A stretch of DNA of 64,000 bases from Akkermansia muciniphila (lineage in GTDB: Bacteria > Verrucomicrobiota > Verrucomicrobiia > Verrucomicrobiales > Akkermansiaceae). Location: NCBI GenBank assembly GCA_945901795.1, contig CAMDLP010000002.1, positions 21,325 to 85,324 of the forward strand. The letters are read 5' to 3'. Within the stretch, counting starts at the first letter, position 1; each line of letters opens with the position of its first letter. The position numbers were made by a program, and so were the translations under genes. Below, in pieces: positions 24,984 to 35,318 of the stretch. The notes under the pieces were generated by a model. The model had not been told where the DNA came from, ran no database searches, and saw only the letters and a program-made list of their open reading frames with translations.

Positions 24984-25047
24984 TCTTTCCCATCGGAATT
25001 TCAAGTGAGGTTCGGAAGGGAGGGGAGGAAACGTAGGAAAACGACTG

Positions 25048-25731
25048 ATGCAGCCGCTGGAGAGCCGGATTCATTATAAATTTCGCAATTCGCTGTTACT
25101 GGCGGAGGCGCTGACGCATCCCAGCCTGGCATACGAGTCGCAGAAGCCGCACTTTGACAACCAGCGGATGGAATTCCTCGGCGATGCCGTCTTGCAGTTG
25201 GTCGTCACGGAAGAGCTTTTCAAAATGTTTCCGGATTTCACCGAAGGCCGGCTGACCAAGCTGCGCTCGCGGGTGGTTTCCCGCAGGGCGCTGGCCCGGT
25301 TCGCGATGGCGATCCATCTGGGCGACTACGTCTTGCTCGGCAAGGGTGAGGAAGCCACGGGCGGACGGCGGCGCCTGTCCACGCTGGCGGACGCGTTCGA
25401 GTCGCTGATCGGCGCGGTCTTTCTGGATACCGGGCTGATCCCCGCGCGGGACCTGATCCTGCGCCTTTTCGAAGCGGAGATCGGCAACATGATCACCAGT
25501 CCGGAAGAGCGGAACCCGAAGGGCGAGCTCCAGGAATTTTTACAAGCGATCCACCCGCAAGCGCCCGTTTACCGGGTGATCAGCGAGAGCGGCCCCGACC
25601 ATCGGCGGGTTTTCCAATCCGAGGTTTCCTGGCAGGAAAAGATCCTCGCGACCGGGAAAGGGAAGAGCAAAAAGGAAGCGGAAGCCCGCGCCGCCGCGGA
25701 AGCCTTGCGCGCGCGATTGTGGGAGAAATAG
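25048..25731 (+). CDS. rnc: Ribonuclease III
   Basis: NQRMEFLGDAVLQLVVTE signature, C-terminal dsRBD (GKGKSKKEAEARAAAEAL). Confidence 0.92.
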   Translation: MQPLESRIHYKFRNSLLLAEALTHPSLAYESQKPHFDNQRMEFLGDAVLQLVVTEELFKMFPDFTEGRLTKLRSRVVSRRALARFAMAIHLGDYVLLGKGEEATGGRRRLSTLADAFESLIGAVFLDTGLIPARDLILRLFEAEIGNMITSPEERNPKGELQEFLQAIHPQAPVYRVISESGPDHRRVFQSEVSWQEKILATGKGKSKKEAEARAAAEALRARLWEK

Positions 25732-25752
25732 CGGTGGCAAGCGGGCTCTCTA

Positions 25753-26631
25753 TCAAGAAAGCTGCCTCGCGGCTTGCAGCGTGTTTTTCATCAACATGGC
25801 GATGGTCATCGGGCCGACGCCGCCGGGCACGGGGGTGATGGCGGAACAGAGCGGGGCGACTTCCTGATAGGCGACGTCGCCGGTGAGGCGGTAGCCGGAT
25901 TTTTTGGTGGCGTCCGGGACGCGGTTGATGCCCACGTCGATGACGACGGCGCCGGGTTTCACCCAGTCGGCCTTGACCATTTCCGGGCGGCCGACGGCGG
26001 CGACGAGGATGTCCGCGCGGCGGCAGATGGCGGGCAGATCCTTGGAGCGCGAGTGGGCGATGGTGACGGTGGCGTTGGAAATCTTCGAGACTAACAAAAG
26101 CGCCATCGGCTTGCCGACGATCATGCTGCGGCCGATGACGACGGCCTCCGCGCCGTGGGTGTTGATACCGGAAACTTCGAGCAGTTTCATGCAGCCGGCG
26201 GGAGTGCAGGGGACGAAACCGCTCGGGTCTTCGAGCACGAGCTTGGCGACGTTTTCCGGGTGGAAGCCATCGACGTCCTTGCGCGGGTCGATCTCGCGGA
26301 TGACGGCTTCCTCGTCGATGTGCTTGGGCGGCGGCGACTGGACGAGGATGCCGTGGATGGCGGGGTCGGCATTGAGATCGCGGACGACCCGGAGCAGCTC
26401 CTCCTGCGTGGTTTCCGCCGGAAGTTCGATTTTGAGCGAGTGGAATCCGAGCTCGGCGCAGGTGCGGGCTTTCGAGCCGACATAGACTTGCGAGGCGGGA
26501 TCGCTGCCGACGAGCACCACGGCGAGGCCGGGCTGGATGCCTTTGGCTAACAGCGCGGCGGTTTCCGCGCGGCACTCGTCGAGCACGGCGGCGGCTACGG
26601 ATTTTCCATCGAGGATTTTCGGGGAGTTCAT
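25753..26631 (-). CDS. folD: Bifunctional methylenetetrahydrofolate dehydrogenase/cyclohydrolase
   Basis: ILDGKSVAA..., [31 protein letters not shown]: canonical FolD. Confidence 0.92.
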   Translation of the reverse strand: MNSPKILDGKSVAAAVLDECRAETAALLAKGIQPGLAVVLVGSDPASQVYVGSKARTCAELGFHSLKIELPAETTQEELLRVVRDLNADPAIHGILVQSPPPKHIDEEAVIREIDPRKDVDGFHPENVAKLVLEDPSGFVPCTPAGCMKLLEVSGINTHGAEAVVIGRSMIVGKPMALLLVSKISNATVTIAHSRSKDLPAICRRADILVAAVGRPEMVKADWVKPGAVVIDVGINRVPDATKKSGYRLTGDVAYQEVAPLCSAITPVPGGVGPMTIAMLMKNTLQAARQLS

Positions 26632-26645
26632 TGGGAGAAAAAATT

Positions 26646-27317
26646 TCAGGCGTCGTCGGTGCCCGCGAGCAGGATCGCCTGGACCCGCTTGCGGTAAGTT
26701 TCGAAGGCAGCTTCATCGAGCTTGGGCGGAACGACAAGCATCTCGTCGAAAATGACGGTGACGCGGCTGAACGGCTTGGGGATCACCAGGCGGTCCCAGG
26801 TTTTCAAGCGCCAGGCGGAAGAATACACCGCGTGGATCGGGATGATGGGCGCGCCGGAGGATTCTGCTAGCTTGATGACGCCGGCATGAAATCCATAGCG
26901 CGGGCCGCGCGGGCCGTCGGGCGTGATGCAGACGTCGAGCCCGTCCTTGAGCGCGCGCTTCATGCCGATCAACGCCGCGACCGCCCGCCGCGAGGACGAG
27001 CCGCGCACCGCGCCGATGCCAAACACGGCCATCGCCCGCGCCAGGATCGCCCCGTCCTTGCTCGCGCTGGTTAGAACGACCGATTGCCGGAAGTTCCCGC
27101 CGGTCCGCCACCAGATCGGCGGGATGGTGAAAATCCGGTTGTGCCAGAGGGCGAAAATGACCGGGCCTAGCGGGTTTTCCGGAGTGGTCACGCCGCAGCG
27201 GTCATCGACTTCGTAGCGCAGGGTCTTGGCCCAGCAACGCATGAACCAGCCCGTGAGCGAGCCGAGGATTTCCGCCTTGCGGTCTCCACGGATCTCGGTG
27301 CTTTTGGCCCTGCTCAT
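26646..27317 (-). CDS. DUF374 / lysophospholipid acyltransferase-like protein
   Basis: [37 protein letters not shown] are typical DUF374 blocks. Confidence 0.7.
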   Translation of the reverse strand: MSRAKSTEIRGDRKAEILGSLTGWFMRCWAKTLRYEVDDRCGVTTPENPLGPVIFALWHNRIFTIPPIWWRTGGNFRQSVVLTSASKDGAILARAMAVFGIGAVRGSSSRRAVAALIGMKRALKDGLDVCITPDGPRGPRYGFHAGVIKLAESSGAPIIPIHAVYSSAWRLKTWDRLVIPKPFSRVTVIFDEMLVVPPKLDEAAFETYRKRVQAILLAGTDDA

Positions 27318-27325
27318 CAGTTAGG

Positions 27326-28825
27326 TTAAAGGAATCCGGCGGGGTGAAGGGTGTCCACGAGGTATTGCTGGCGGGACATCAGCTCCTGATACATCTCGTG
27401 CGCCTGCGGGTCCGGATCGCAGCGCGATTCGGAATCGCCGGCCACCAGGTAGCTGGCGATTTCCTCGAATCCTAACGACTCGCCGCTTTGATGGAAAAAC
27501 GCGACCGCCGCCTGCATCGCAGCGCCCACTGCCGCTCCCTGGCGACTGGAAACAGGCACCACCGGCGCGCCGAAAACATCCGCCAGCATCTGCCGCGTCA
27601 CCGGACTCACCACGCCCGGTCCTAGCAGACGGATTTCCGGTGGGTCGAAGCCGAGATCGCGCAACCGGCTCATCGCGTAGCCGAGGCCGAGCGCGACGCC
27701 CTCCGCCGCAGCGCGCGCCATGTGGGCGGGCGTGAAATTTCCCGGCGTGATGCCGTGCAGCACGCCCGTGCCGTCGGGCAGCCGGGGAATGGATTCTCCC
27801 GTGAAATAAGGCAACAGCAACAGCCCGTCCGCACCCGGAGAGACACTCGCCACCATCGCTTCGAATTGCTCCATACTCCATCCGTAGTGACGCCGCATGA
27901 CTTCCGGCGCCACCGCGGTGTTCGTCGTGGTGCCGAGTCCGAGCCAGCTGCCGGTCGCGTTGCAAAGCGGCGTGATTTCCCCCCGATAGTCGATCACCGG
28001 CGAGTCACCCACGCCGACGATCACGCCCGCCGAGCCGAGCTCCACCGCCACCGTGCCATTCGTGACGCAGCCTGCGGCGAGCGCGGCTAACATCGGCGCG
28101 GCGCTGCCAGCTCCCACCTGCACCCTGTCGGAAACTCCCCACTCGCGGGCGAGCGCGGGCCGCAGCAAGCCGCGCGGCTGGTCCGACGCGCCGACCGGCG
28201 GCAGCAGCGAGGCGAGCTGCGGGTCGATGAAATCCAACAGCTCCGCCGACCACTTCCGCGTCCGGATGTCGAGCAAGCCGGTGCCCGAAGCGCTGCCCGC
28301 CTCGGTCGCCCGCTCGCCGGTGAGCCAGTAAGCGATGAAATCCTGCGCGGTCAGCAAGCTCGCCGCCCTTTGAAAATGATAGGGCTCGTGCTGTTTCAGC
28401 CACAAGCATTCCGCCGCCGCGGATTCCACGCCCGGTGCTTGCCCCGCGATTTCTATCAGTCCCGGCGCGCCGCCAAACGCGCGGGCGATTTCATTCGCCT
28501 GGCGCTTCACCGAAATATCGCCCGCCAATTTTGTCGGGCGGATGATTCGGTTTGCCTCGTCTAGCAGGACCAAGCCGCGTTGCGGGCCCGCGATACCGAT
28601 CGCCGCGAGGAGCTCTTTCTGACCTTCCAGCGCCGCCAGACATTGCCGCACCGCACGGTCCACGGCGTCGATCCATTGCGCCGGGTTCTGCTCGCGGTAG
28701 CCAGCCGGCAGGCCTTCGATCCAATCGTGCGGGACCCACGCCTCGGCACGGATTACCGCGGATTCCAGATCCAAGACCACGGCGCGGGTGCCGCCGTGAC
28801 CGATTTCAATCCCCAGAAAGTGCAT
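27326..28825 (-). CDS. FGGY-family carbohydrate kinase (xylulokinase-like)
   Basis: From MHFLGIEIGHGGTRAVVLD; FGGY N- and C-domains recognisable (GTGLLDIRTRKW, LLGPGVVSPVTRQMLADVFGAPV). Confidence 0.8.
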   Translation of the reverse strand: MHFLGIEIGHGGTRAVVLDLESAVIRAEAWVPHDWIEGLPAGYREQNPAQWIDAVDRAVRQCLAALEGQKELLAAIGIAGPQRGLVLLDEANRIIRPTKLAGDISVKRQANEIARAFGGAPGLIEIAGQAPGVESAAAECLWLKQHEPYHFQRAASLLTAQDFIAYWLTGERATEAGSASGTGLLDIRTRKWSAELLDFIDPQLASLLPPVGASDQPRGLLRPALAREWGVSDRVQVGAGSAAPMLAALAAGCVTNGTVAVELGSAGVIVGVGDSPVIDYRGEITPLCNATGSWLGLGTTTNTAVAPEVMRRHYGWSMEQFEAMVASVSPGADGLLLLPYFTGESIPRLPDGTGVLHGITPGNFTPAHMARAAAEGVALGLGYAMSRLRDLGFDPPEIRLLGPGVVSPVTRQMLADVFGAPVVPVSSRQGAAVGAAMQAAVAFFHQSGESLGFEEIASYLVAGDSESRCDPDPQAHEMYQELMSRQQYLVDTLHPAGFL

Positions 28826-28958
28826 GATCGTTGTGGCCGTCCGCCGGGCGGACGGCGTGAGTTTCGCCACACCAAGCGCTTTGACAAGCCCCGCCGTGCG
28901 GAAAACCCCAGACGAGCGGGCGTTTGACAGGTTTTCTGAATTCCGATAATTCATTTTT

Positions 28959-29717
28959 ATGAACGACACGCCGCAGGACGCCTGGTTTTACTCACGCGAA
29001 GGAGAACGCATCGGGCCGGTGACTTTCGCCGATCTTCAAATCAAAGCGTCCGAAGCCGCCCTCAATCCGCGCCTCGACATGGTCTGGACGCACGGCATGG
29101 CCGAGTGGAAATCGGCGGGCGAAATCGAGGGACTGTTCGAGCGGCGGAACGCACCCGCGCCAACGGAAAGCCTCGCACCCGCGGCCGATCCCTACTCGCC
29201 GCCGCAACAGGAATCGCCCGAGAATTTCATGGCCAAGGAGGGCGAATGGCCCGGTGCGCGGCGACGGAGCTTTCTCATCGCCACCTTGATTTTCCCGTTC
29301 GTGTGGGCCTTTGGATTCGCCGCCGCGGCACCTTTTCTGGGCGGCCGGTTCGGCCCGGAAATCATGGGATTCGCCGCTATCGGGATGAATTTCATCCCGT
29401 TCATCGTGGGCCTTTATTTCGGACTCCAGCGCCTCGTGAACCTCGGAATGAGCCGCTGGTGGTATCTCGGAAATTTCGTGCCGATCCTGAATTTCTGGGT
29501 CGGCTACCGTTGTTTCGCCTGCCCCGCCGGATACGCCTATCACAAGAAGCTCGACGGTGCCGGCGTCTTCCTCGCCATCGTTTACTGGCTGCTGATCGCC
29601 ATCGTCCTGCTGGCCGTCGCCGCAGTGGTCGCCTTGATGCTCGGAGCCATTGGATCGCCTGAAATCCAGGAACAAGTCCGTGAAGCCATCCGCGCCATGA
29701 ACGCGCCCAAACCGTGA
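28959..29717 (+). CDS. GYF_2 (DUF4339)-domain membrane protein
   Basis: WFYSREGERIGPVTFADLQIKA...WTHGMAEWKSAGEIEGLF, then four hydrophobic segments. Confidence 0.55.
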   Translation: MNDTPQDAWFYSREGERIGPVTFADLQIKASEAALNPRLDMVWTHGMAEWKSAGEIEGLFERRNAPAPTESLAPAADPYSPPQQESPENFMAKEGEWPGARRRSFLIATLIFPFVWAFGFAAAAPFLGGRFGPEIMGFAAIGMNFIPFIVGLYFGLQRLVNLGMSRWWYLGNFVPILNFWVGYRCFACPAGYAYHKKLDGAGVFLAIVYWLLIAIVLLAVAAVVALMLGAIGSPEIQEQVREAIRAMNAPKP

Positions 29718-29761
29718 TCCAGTATTCCAAACAAGCCGACGAGCGCCGCGAGGCCGGGCCG

Positions 29762-30496
29762 ATGGAATGCTGGTGCCTGCATGGCGCCGTCGGCATGGCG
29801 GCGGACTGGCGCGGCTTCGCGAAAAACCTGGCGGCCGCCGCGATCGGCTCGCGGGCGGTGGACTTGTGGCGCTTTCTCGAATGCTGCCCGCTGCAGCTTC
29901 CCGACTTCGCCAAGTCCCTCAACGCCGACGCCGGCGGCGAGGTCTTCCGCGGCAACGGCCGCGCCCTGCTAGGCTACTCGATGGGCGGCCGCCTGGCACT
30001 CCACGCGCTGCTAGAGAAGGAGCATCCGTGGCAGGCCGCCGTCATCATTTCCGCCCACCCCGGCCTTGAAACCGAGCCGGAGCGAGCTGCCAGACGGGCA
30101 GGCGACACCGAGTGGGCGACTCAGGCGCTGGCCGGAAACTGGCAGACATTTCTCGACGCGTGGAACGCCCAGACCGTCCTCGGCAACACGCCGCCGCGCG
30201 ACCCGCAAGCCTCCGGCAGCCTCGTCGCGCGCCGCCGCGAGATCGCCCGCAGCTTCGTCGATTGGTCGCTCGGCGCCCAGCAACCACTGTGGGAGCGGCT
30301 GCCTGAAATCAACGTCCCGGTGCTGTGGATCGCCGGGGAAAACGACGCGAAATTCCGCGCTCTGGCAGAGCGCGCGGTTGCGCAAATCCCCCGCGTCACG
30401 CTGGCAATCGCGCCCGGCTCCGGCCACCGCGTGCCGTGGGAAGCCGGAAATTGGCTCGCGCAACGAGTCGCGCATTTCCTGAAGGCCGGCCGCTGA
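29762..30496 (+). CDS. Alpha/beta hydrolase, MenH-like (SHCHC synthase candidate)
   Basis: LHGAVGMAADW, nucleophile elbow GYSMGGRLAL, C-terminal PGSGHRVPWE. Confidence 0.6.
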   Translation: MECWCLHGAVGMAADWRGFAKNLAAAAIGSRAVDLWRFLECCPLQLPDFAKSLNADAGGEVFRGNGRALLGYSMGGRLALHALLEKEHPWQAAVIISAHPGLETEPERAARRAGDTEWATQALAGNWQTFLDAWNAQTVLGNTPPRDPQASGSLVARRREIARSFVDWSLGAQQPLWERLPEINVPVLWIAGENDAKFRALAERAVAQIPRVTLAIAPGSGHRVPWEAGNWLAQRVAHFLKAGR

Positions 30497-30503
30497 ATGT
30501 CCC

Positions 30504-31274
30504 TTGAATGTTTCCCGGCCAATTCCCAGTATCCGCGCGATGCAGGTAGTACGGCCATCGAATCTTCCGATCCTCCTCGTGCTCGCCGCGCTGGCGGGGG
30601 CTGTTGGATTTCTAATCAAACATCAGGCGGCGGAGATCGATGCGGACTCGCCGTTAGCAATGCCGACCCACGGCGAGCCGGACCATCGCTTCCATTTTCT
30701 ATCTGCCTGGCAGACGGCGCAAATCCCGCGGGCGCTGCGGTTTGATCCGCCGATGGGATCGGACCACGCGGGGTTGGTTTATAACGCGCAGAAGTTTTGG
30801 GAAATGAACGAGCGGCGCGGCGGTCATCACACGGGCGACGATTTGAACGGCATCGGCGGGATGAACACCGATCTGGGAGACCCGGTGTTCTGCACCGCGG
30901 ACGGGCTGGTCGTTTACGCCGGCGAGCCGTCGCCCGGATGGGGGGAACTGGTCGTCATCGCGCACACCGCGGCGGACGGGCGGCCGTTGCATTCGATGTA
31001 CGCGCACTTGCACCGGATCGATGTCGCGCCCGGCGCGCTCGTCCCGCGCGGCGGGAAAGTGGGCACCGTGGGCACGGCGAACGGTTATTATCCGGCGCAC
31101 CTGCATTTCGAAATGCGGACCAGCGACGGCGTGGACATCGGCGCGGGTTACGCGATGTTTCCGCTCAACCGGCTCGATCCGGCGGCGACGATCGCGTCCT
31201 TGCGGAACGCCGGCGACGACGAACTCTCGCCCGCTCCGCTGGCCCGCATGCTCGCCGCCGACGGCATGCGATGA
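30504..31274 (+). CDS. M23-family metallopeptidase
   Basis: HHTGDDLNG, SMYAHLHRIDV, GYYPAHLHFEMR: the HxxxD and HxH motifs of M23. Confidence 0.8.
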   Translation: MNVSRPIPSIRAMQVVRPSNLPILLVLAALAGAVGFLIKHQAAEIDADSPLAMPTHGEPDHRFHFLSAWQTAQIPRALRFDPPMGSDHAGLVYNAQKFWEMNERRGGHHTGDDLNGIGGMNTDLGDPVFCTADGLVVYAGEPSPGWGELVVIAHTAADGRPLHSMYAHLHRIDVAPGALVPRGGKVGTVGTANGYYPAHLHFEMRTSDGVDIGAGYAMFPLNRLDPAATIASLRNAGDDELSPAPLARMLAADGMR

Positions 31275-31317
31275 GCTTGCTTTGCCCGGCGGCAGCGGCT
31301 ACCACGGCCGCGGATTC

Positions 31318-31737
31318 ATGAAAACTGCACCACTCTCCGCCTATCAGGAAACCCTCGGCATGATCTATTTCGCCCGGATGCTCGACAAGATCCGGCTGCA
31401 TGCGGCGGGCACGCTGCGGGAGGATTTTTGTGACAACCTCGGCTCGGGCTTCGACGGCCGCTGCGCGGATTTCCTGCGGGTGAAATACGACGATCTCGCG
31501 GCGCGCGTGCTGCAAGGCGGCAGCGACGAGGAGATCCTGAAATGGTGTTTCGAAACCGGTCGCGAGCTTACCGAGGGCGACATTTTCATCTGGAACAACT
31601 ACCTGAAAAAAGTCGGCTGGAAGGACGGCGTCAGCGAGATCCTGGGCCGCCGGAAAAAGGAGAGCGGTCTCGAAGCACGCGATGAGATCGAGACGATGCT
31701 CGAGTATTTCGAATACGACGAAGGCCGGAAATCCTGA
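31318..31737 (+). CDS. DUF5069-like protein
   Basis: MKTAPLSAYQETLGMIYFARMLDKIRLHAAG...EEILKWC...EYDEGRK; the ORF-track 5' extension overlaps the M23 gene and was rejected. Confidence 0.6.
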   Translation: MKTAPLSAYQETLGMIYFARMLDKIRLHAAGTLREDFCDNLGSGFDGRCADFLRVKYDDLAARVLQGGSDEEILKWCFETGRELTEGDIFIWNNYLKKVGWKDGVSEILGRRKKESGLEARDEIETMLEYFEYDEGRKS

Positions 31738-31794
31738 AGGCTTTACACCTAAGAGCGTGGGCCTTTGAATTTCCCCGCCAGCCAAGAAAAAGCC

Positions 31795-32892
31795 ATGTCA
31801 CTCACGATCAAACCGAAATCCGAATGCGCCTTCGACCAACTCTCGATGGGCGAAGTCATGCTCCGTCTCGATCCCGGCGAGGGCCGCATCCGTACCGCAC
31901 GCCAATTCCAAGCCTGGGAAGGCGGCGGCGAATATAACACCTCGCGCGGCCTGCGGAAATGCTTCGGCTACAAGACCGCCGTGGTCACCGCTTTCGTCGA
32001 TAACGAGGTCGGCCACCTGATCGAGGATTTCATCATGCAGGGCGGCGTGGCCACGGATTTCATCCAATGGCGCGAGGACGACGGCATCGGGCGCAAGGTG
32101 CGCAACGGCCTGAATTTCACCGAGCGCGGCTTCGGCATCCGCGGTGCGGTTGGAAATCCCGACCGCGGCAACACCGCCGCCTCCCAGCTCAAGCCGGGCG
32201 ACGTCGATTGGGATCACATCTTCGGCAAACTTGGCGTCCGTTGGTTCCACACCGGCGGCATCTTCGCCGCGCTGTCGGAATCCACCGCAGCCCTCACCGT
32301 GGAAGCCGTGAAGGCAGCTAACAAACACGGCACCGTCGTTTCCTACGATCTCAACTACCGCCCGTCGCTCTGGAAGACCATCGGCGGCCTGGGGAAAGCG
32401 CAGGAAGTGAACCGCGAAATCGCGAAATACGTCGATGTCATGATCGGCAACGAGGAGGATTTCACCGCCTCGCTCGGCTTCGAGGTCGAGGGCGTGGACC
32501 ACAACATTTCCGCCATCGAGCTCGACGCCTTCAAGGCGATGATTGAAACCGCGGTGAAGACCTTCCCGAACTTCAAGGTCGCCGCCACCACCCTGCGCGG
32601 CGTCATTTCCGCGACCGTCAATGACTGGTCCGCGATCCTCTGGCACGCCGGGAAATTCCACGAAAGCCGCAAATACCCCGGCTTGGAAATCATGGACCGC
32701 GTCGGCGGCGGTGACAGTTTCGCAAGCGGCCTGCAGTTCGGATTCCTCGAGTTCAACGACGCCCAGAAAGCCGTCGAATACGGCGCCGCCCACGGCGCGC
32801 TCGCTTCCACCACGCCCGGCGACACCTCGATGGTCACCCGCAAGGAAGTCGAAAAGCAAATCGGCGGCGGCGGCGCGCGGGTCGTGCGCTAA
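31795..32892 (+). CDS. PfkB-family sugar kinase (KdgK-like)
   Basis: DRVGGGDSFASG and GAAHGALASTTPGD are PfkB signatures. Confidence 0.8.
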   Translation: MSLTIKPKSECAFDQLSMGEVMLRLDPGEGRIRTARQFQAWEGGGEYNTSRGLRKCFGYKTAVVTAFVDNEVGHLIEDFIMQGGVATDFIQWREDDGIGRKVRNGLNFTERGFGIRGAVGNPDRGNTAASQLKPGDVDWDHIFGKLGVRWFHTGGIFAALSESTAALTVEAVKAANKHGTVVSYDLNYRPSLWKTIGGLGKAQEVNREIAKYVDVMIGNEEDFTASLGFEVEGVDHNISAIELDAFKAMIETAVKTFPNFKVAATTLRGVISATVNDWSAILWHAGKFHESRKYPGLEIMDRVGGGDSFASGLQFGFLEFNDAQKAVEYGAAHGALASTTPGDTSMVTRKEVEKQIGGGGARVVR

Positions 32893-32904
32893 AATGTGTT
32901 CCGG

Positions 32905-32965
32905 CTGTCTCAGCCGGATCCGGAGGCTCCGCTCCCGACTGAGACAGTCGGGACACTTTATTTCA
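32905..32965 (+). terminator. Possible intrinsic terminator after the PfkB kinase gene
   Basis: 9-bp arms CTGTCTCAG (32905-32913) / CTGAGACAG (32939-32947), extendable imperfectly, followed by CTTTATTTC. Confidence 0.35.
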
Positions 32966-33163
32966 GCCGCCGCCAATCTCCAACGTTTCCTCGGCAGCCC
33001 CCGCGTCTCCATTCTCCTGCCGGACGAGCAGACCACCCATCACTACGCGCAGCTTTACCAGCAGCTCCGCAAAAAAGGGGTCGCCATCCCGACCAACGAC
33101 CTCTGGATCGCCGCCCTCGTGGTCCAGCACAACCTCGTGCTCAAGGAAGTAACCGATGCTTGA
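32960..33163 (+). pseudogene. PIN-domain toxin (VapC-like) internal/C-terminal remnant
   Basis: ...ILLPDEQTTHHYAQLYQQLRKKGVAIPTNDLWIAALVVQHNLVL matches the distal half of VapC-type PIN domains; there is no N-terminal D-containing motif, start codon or antitoxin. Confidence 0.5.
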
Positions 33164-33432
33164 TTTCCACGAGGGTTGAATGGGAAGCGAGGAATTTTTC
33201 GGGGAAATCGTTAGGTGTTCGTTCCGTCAATGATCGGTTATCATCACCGATGATTGAGGATTTAGAGAGCGGAAGAATGTGCGGGGGGATTTGCTGAAAC
33301 CACATGATGAGCATCGGGCCGCCGGAACCGGAGAGCGCAAGGTCGAGCGCGTGTGCCTGGCCATCCGCCTGCCGGCGTAAGGGGATGGGAGGTCTCCTCC
33401 CATCTTTCCAATGGGCGGGACGTCCATTCCCC

Positions 33433-34698
33433 TTATTTTGAGGCGTTTCGCACTTCTTCGGCGATGATCTTGAGCCCGTCGCGGACCACGGCTTCGTCCA
33501 TGGCGTAGGAAACGCGGATGCACTCGTGGCGGTGCGGCCAGTTTGCGTCCTCGTGACCGAAGAAGAAGTGGTGGCCGGGGATGACGAGGACCTCGCGTTT
33601 TTTGAGGCGTTCGTAGAGTTCCTGCGAGGTGATCGGCAGGCCGGGAAACCAGAACCAGAGGAACAGCGCGCCCTCGCTGCGGTGCATGAACCAGTCGATG
33701 TCGTCGCCGAAGGCGTCCATCGCGGCCTGGCGGGCGAGCTGGCATTTTTCCTGGTAGAACGGACGCACCACCTCGCGGCTGAGGCGGAGGATCTCGCCGG
33801 ACTTGATCAGCGGCAGGGTGATTTGCTGGCCGATGTTAGGATTGGAGAGGCCGGCGATGGCGCTCATCGAGCCGAGCGCGCGGATGATTTCCGGCGGGCC
33901 GATGACGATGCCGGTGCGGGTGCCGGGCAGGCCGAGTTTCGAGAGGCTGAGCGTCAAGATCACGTGCGGCTCCCAGAACGGCGTGGCGTCGGCGAAGATG
34001 ATGCCGGGGAAGGGCGCGCCATACGCGTTGTCGATGATGAGCGGGATGTCGTGCTCCTTCGCGATGGCGGAGAGGCGGGCGATTTCCTCGTCGGTGAGGA
34101 CGTTGCCGGTGGGATTGGTCGGGCGCGAGGCGCAGATCGCGGCGATGTCGGGGGTGACTTCGAGGTGGTCGAAATCGACGCGGTATTTGAATTCGTGCGG
34201 GCCGGTTTTTTCAATGAGCGGGGGGACGGCGCGGAACAGGTCGCCGCTGGCGCCCTGGTTCGCGTAGCCGATGTATTCCGGGACCAGCGGGAGCAGGATT
34301 TTGCGGCGGGTGCCGTCGGGCATCGGTCCGGCGAGGAGATTGAAGAGGAAATAAAAGGCGGTCTGGCCGCCGCTGGTGACGCCGACGTTCTCCGGGCCGA
34401 GCTCCCAGCCGAAGGTCTCGCGGAAGAGCGTGGCGATGGCTTGGATGAAATGCGGGTTTCCGCCGGGCGGGTCGTAGGTGGTGAGCGCGCGCTCGAGGCC
34501 GCCCATTTCCTCCATCAGTTCGTGGAGCCGCCGCCGCCAGACGGCGTTGATCTCGGGAATGCGGGCGGGTTGGCCGCCGCCGAGCATTTTCAGGTCCGGG
34601 CCGCCGCTGGCGAGGGCGTGGCCAAGGTCGTCCATCAGCTCGCCGATTCCGCTGCCGCAGCCGAGGTGTTGGCCAAATTGTGAGAATTGGTATGACAT
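33433..34698 (-). CDS. avtA: Valine-pyruvate aminotransferase-like PLP enzyme
   Basis: From MSYQFSQFGQ; LGGGQPARIPE, PLVPEYIGYA, RPTNPTGNVLTDEE, IIDNAYGAPFPGIIF, SLSKLGLPG, EGALFLWFWF are colinear with AvtA. Confidence 0.85.
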   Translation of the reverse strand: MSYQFSQFGQHLGCGSGIGELMDDLGHALASGGPDLKMLGGGQPARIPEINAVWRRRLHELMEEMGGLERALTTYDPPGGNPHFIQAIATLFRETFGWELGPENVGVTSGGQTAFYFLFNLLAGPMPDGTRRKILLPLVPEYIGYANQGASGDLFRAVPPLIEKTGPHEFKYRVDFDHLEVTPDIAAICASRPTNPTGNVLTDEEIARLSAIAKEHDIPLIIDNAYGAPFPGIIFADATPFWEPHVILTLSLSKLGLPGTRTGIVIGPPEIIRALGSMSAIAGLSNPNIGQQITLPLIKSGEILRLSREVVRPFYQEKCQLARQAAMDAFGDDIDWFMHRSEGALFLWFWFPGLPITSQELYERLKKREVLVIPGHHFFFGHEDANWPHRHECIRVSYAMDEAVVRDGLKIIAEEVRNASK

Positions 34699-34753
34699 AT
34701 CCGGATGCCACGTTCTAGGATGCGCGCGAACTTCAAACAACCAACAAACCACC

Positions 34754-35245
34754 ATGTCCATCAAAGTCGGCGACCAAGCCCCAGATTTCACCCTCGTCAG
34801 CAAAACCGCCAACGGACCCGAGCTGGTCACGTTGAGCGAGCTTGTTGGAAAATCCAACATCGTCCTGCTGTTCGTGCCGATGGCCTTCACCGGCGGCTGC
34901 ACGACGGAGTTCTGCGAGATTTCCAAGGGGATTTCCGATTACGACGCGCTCGACGCGAAGGTGCTCGGGATTTCCGGCGACAATCCGTTCGCGCAGGAAG
35001 CCTGGGCGCAAAAGGAAGGCATCACGATCTCGCTGCTCAGCGACTACGAGCACAAGGTGACCGAGGCTTACGGCGTGGCTTACGACCAGTTCCTGCCCGC
35101 GAAGAACCTGATCATGGGCGGCGTTTCGAAGCGTTCCGCCTTCGTGGTGGATAAGGCCGGCGTCGTCCAATACGCCGAGGTGCTCGAAAATCCCGGCGAC
35201 ATGCCGAACTTCGAGGCGATCAAGGCGACCTTGCGCGCGCTCTGA
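34754..35245 (+). CDS. Peroxiredoxin (AhpC/TSA family)
   Basis: MSIKVGDQAPDFTL...LLFVPMAFTGGCTTEFC... Confidence 0.85.
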   Translation: MSIKVGDQAPDFTLVSKTANGPELVTLSELVGKSNIVLLFVPMAFTGGCTTEFCEISKGISDYDALDAKVLGISGDNPFAQEAWAQKEGITISLLSDYEHKVTEAYGVAYDQFLPAKNLIMGGVSKRSAFVVDKAGVVQYAEVLENPGDMPNFEAIKATLRAL

Positions 35246-35270
35246 GAAATCCGAGTTTCTCATTTCAAAC

Positions 35271-35301
35271 AAGCCGTCGAAAAATATCCCGGCGGCTTTT
35301 T
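35271..35301 (+). terminator. Possible weak intrinsic terminator after the peroxiredoxin gene
   Basis: AAGCCG (35271-35276) pairs with CGGCTT (35293-35298), followed by a T5 run. Confidence 0.35.
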
Positions 35302-35318
35302 CATGCTCCTCTGAACAA

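Noticed and set aside
24737-25036. 99-aa ORF spanning the tRNA-His locus
   Set aside because: It is fully explained by the tRNA gene and flanking non-coding DNA, and its composition does not look coding.
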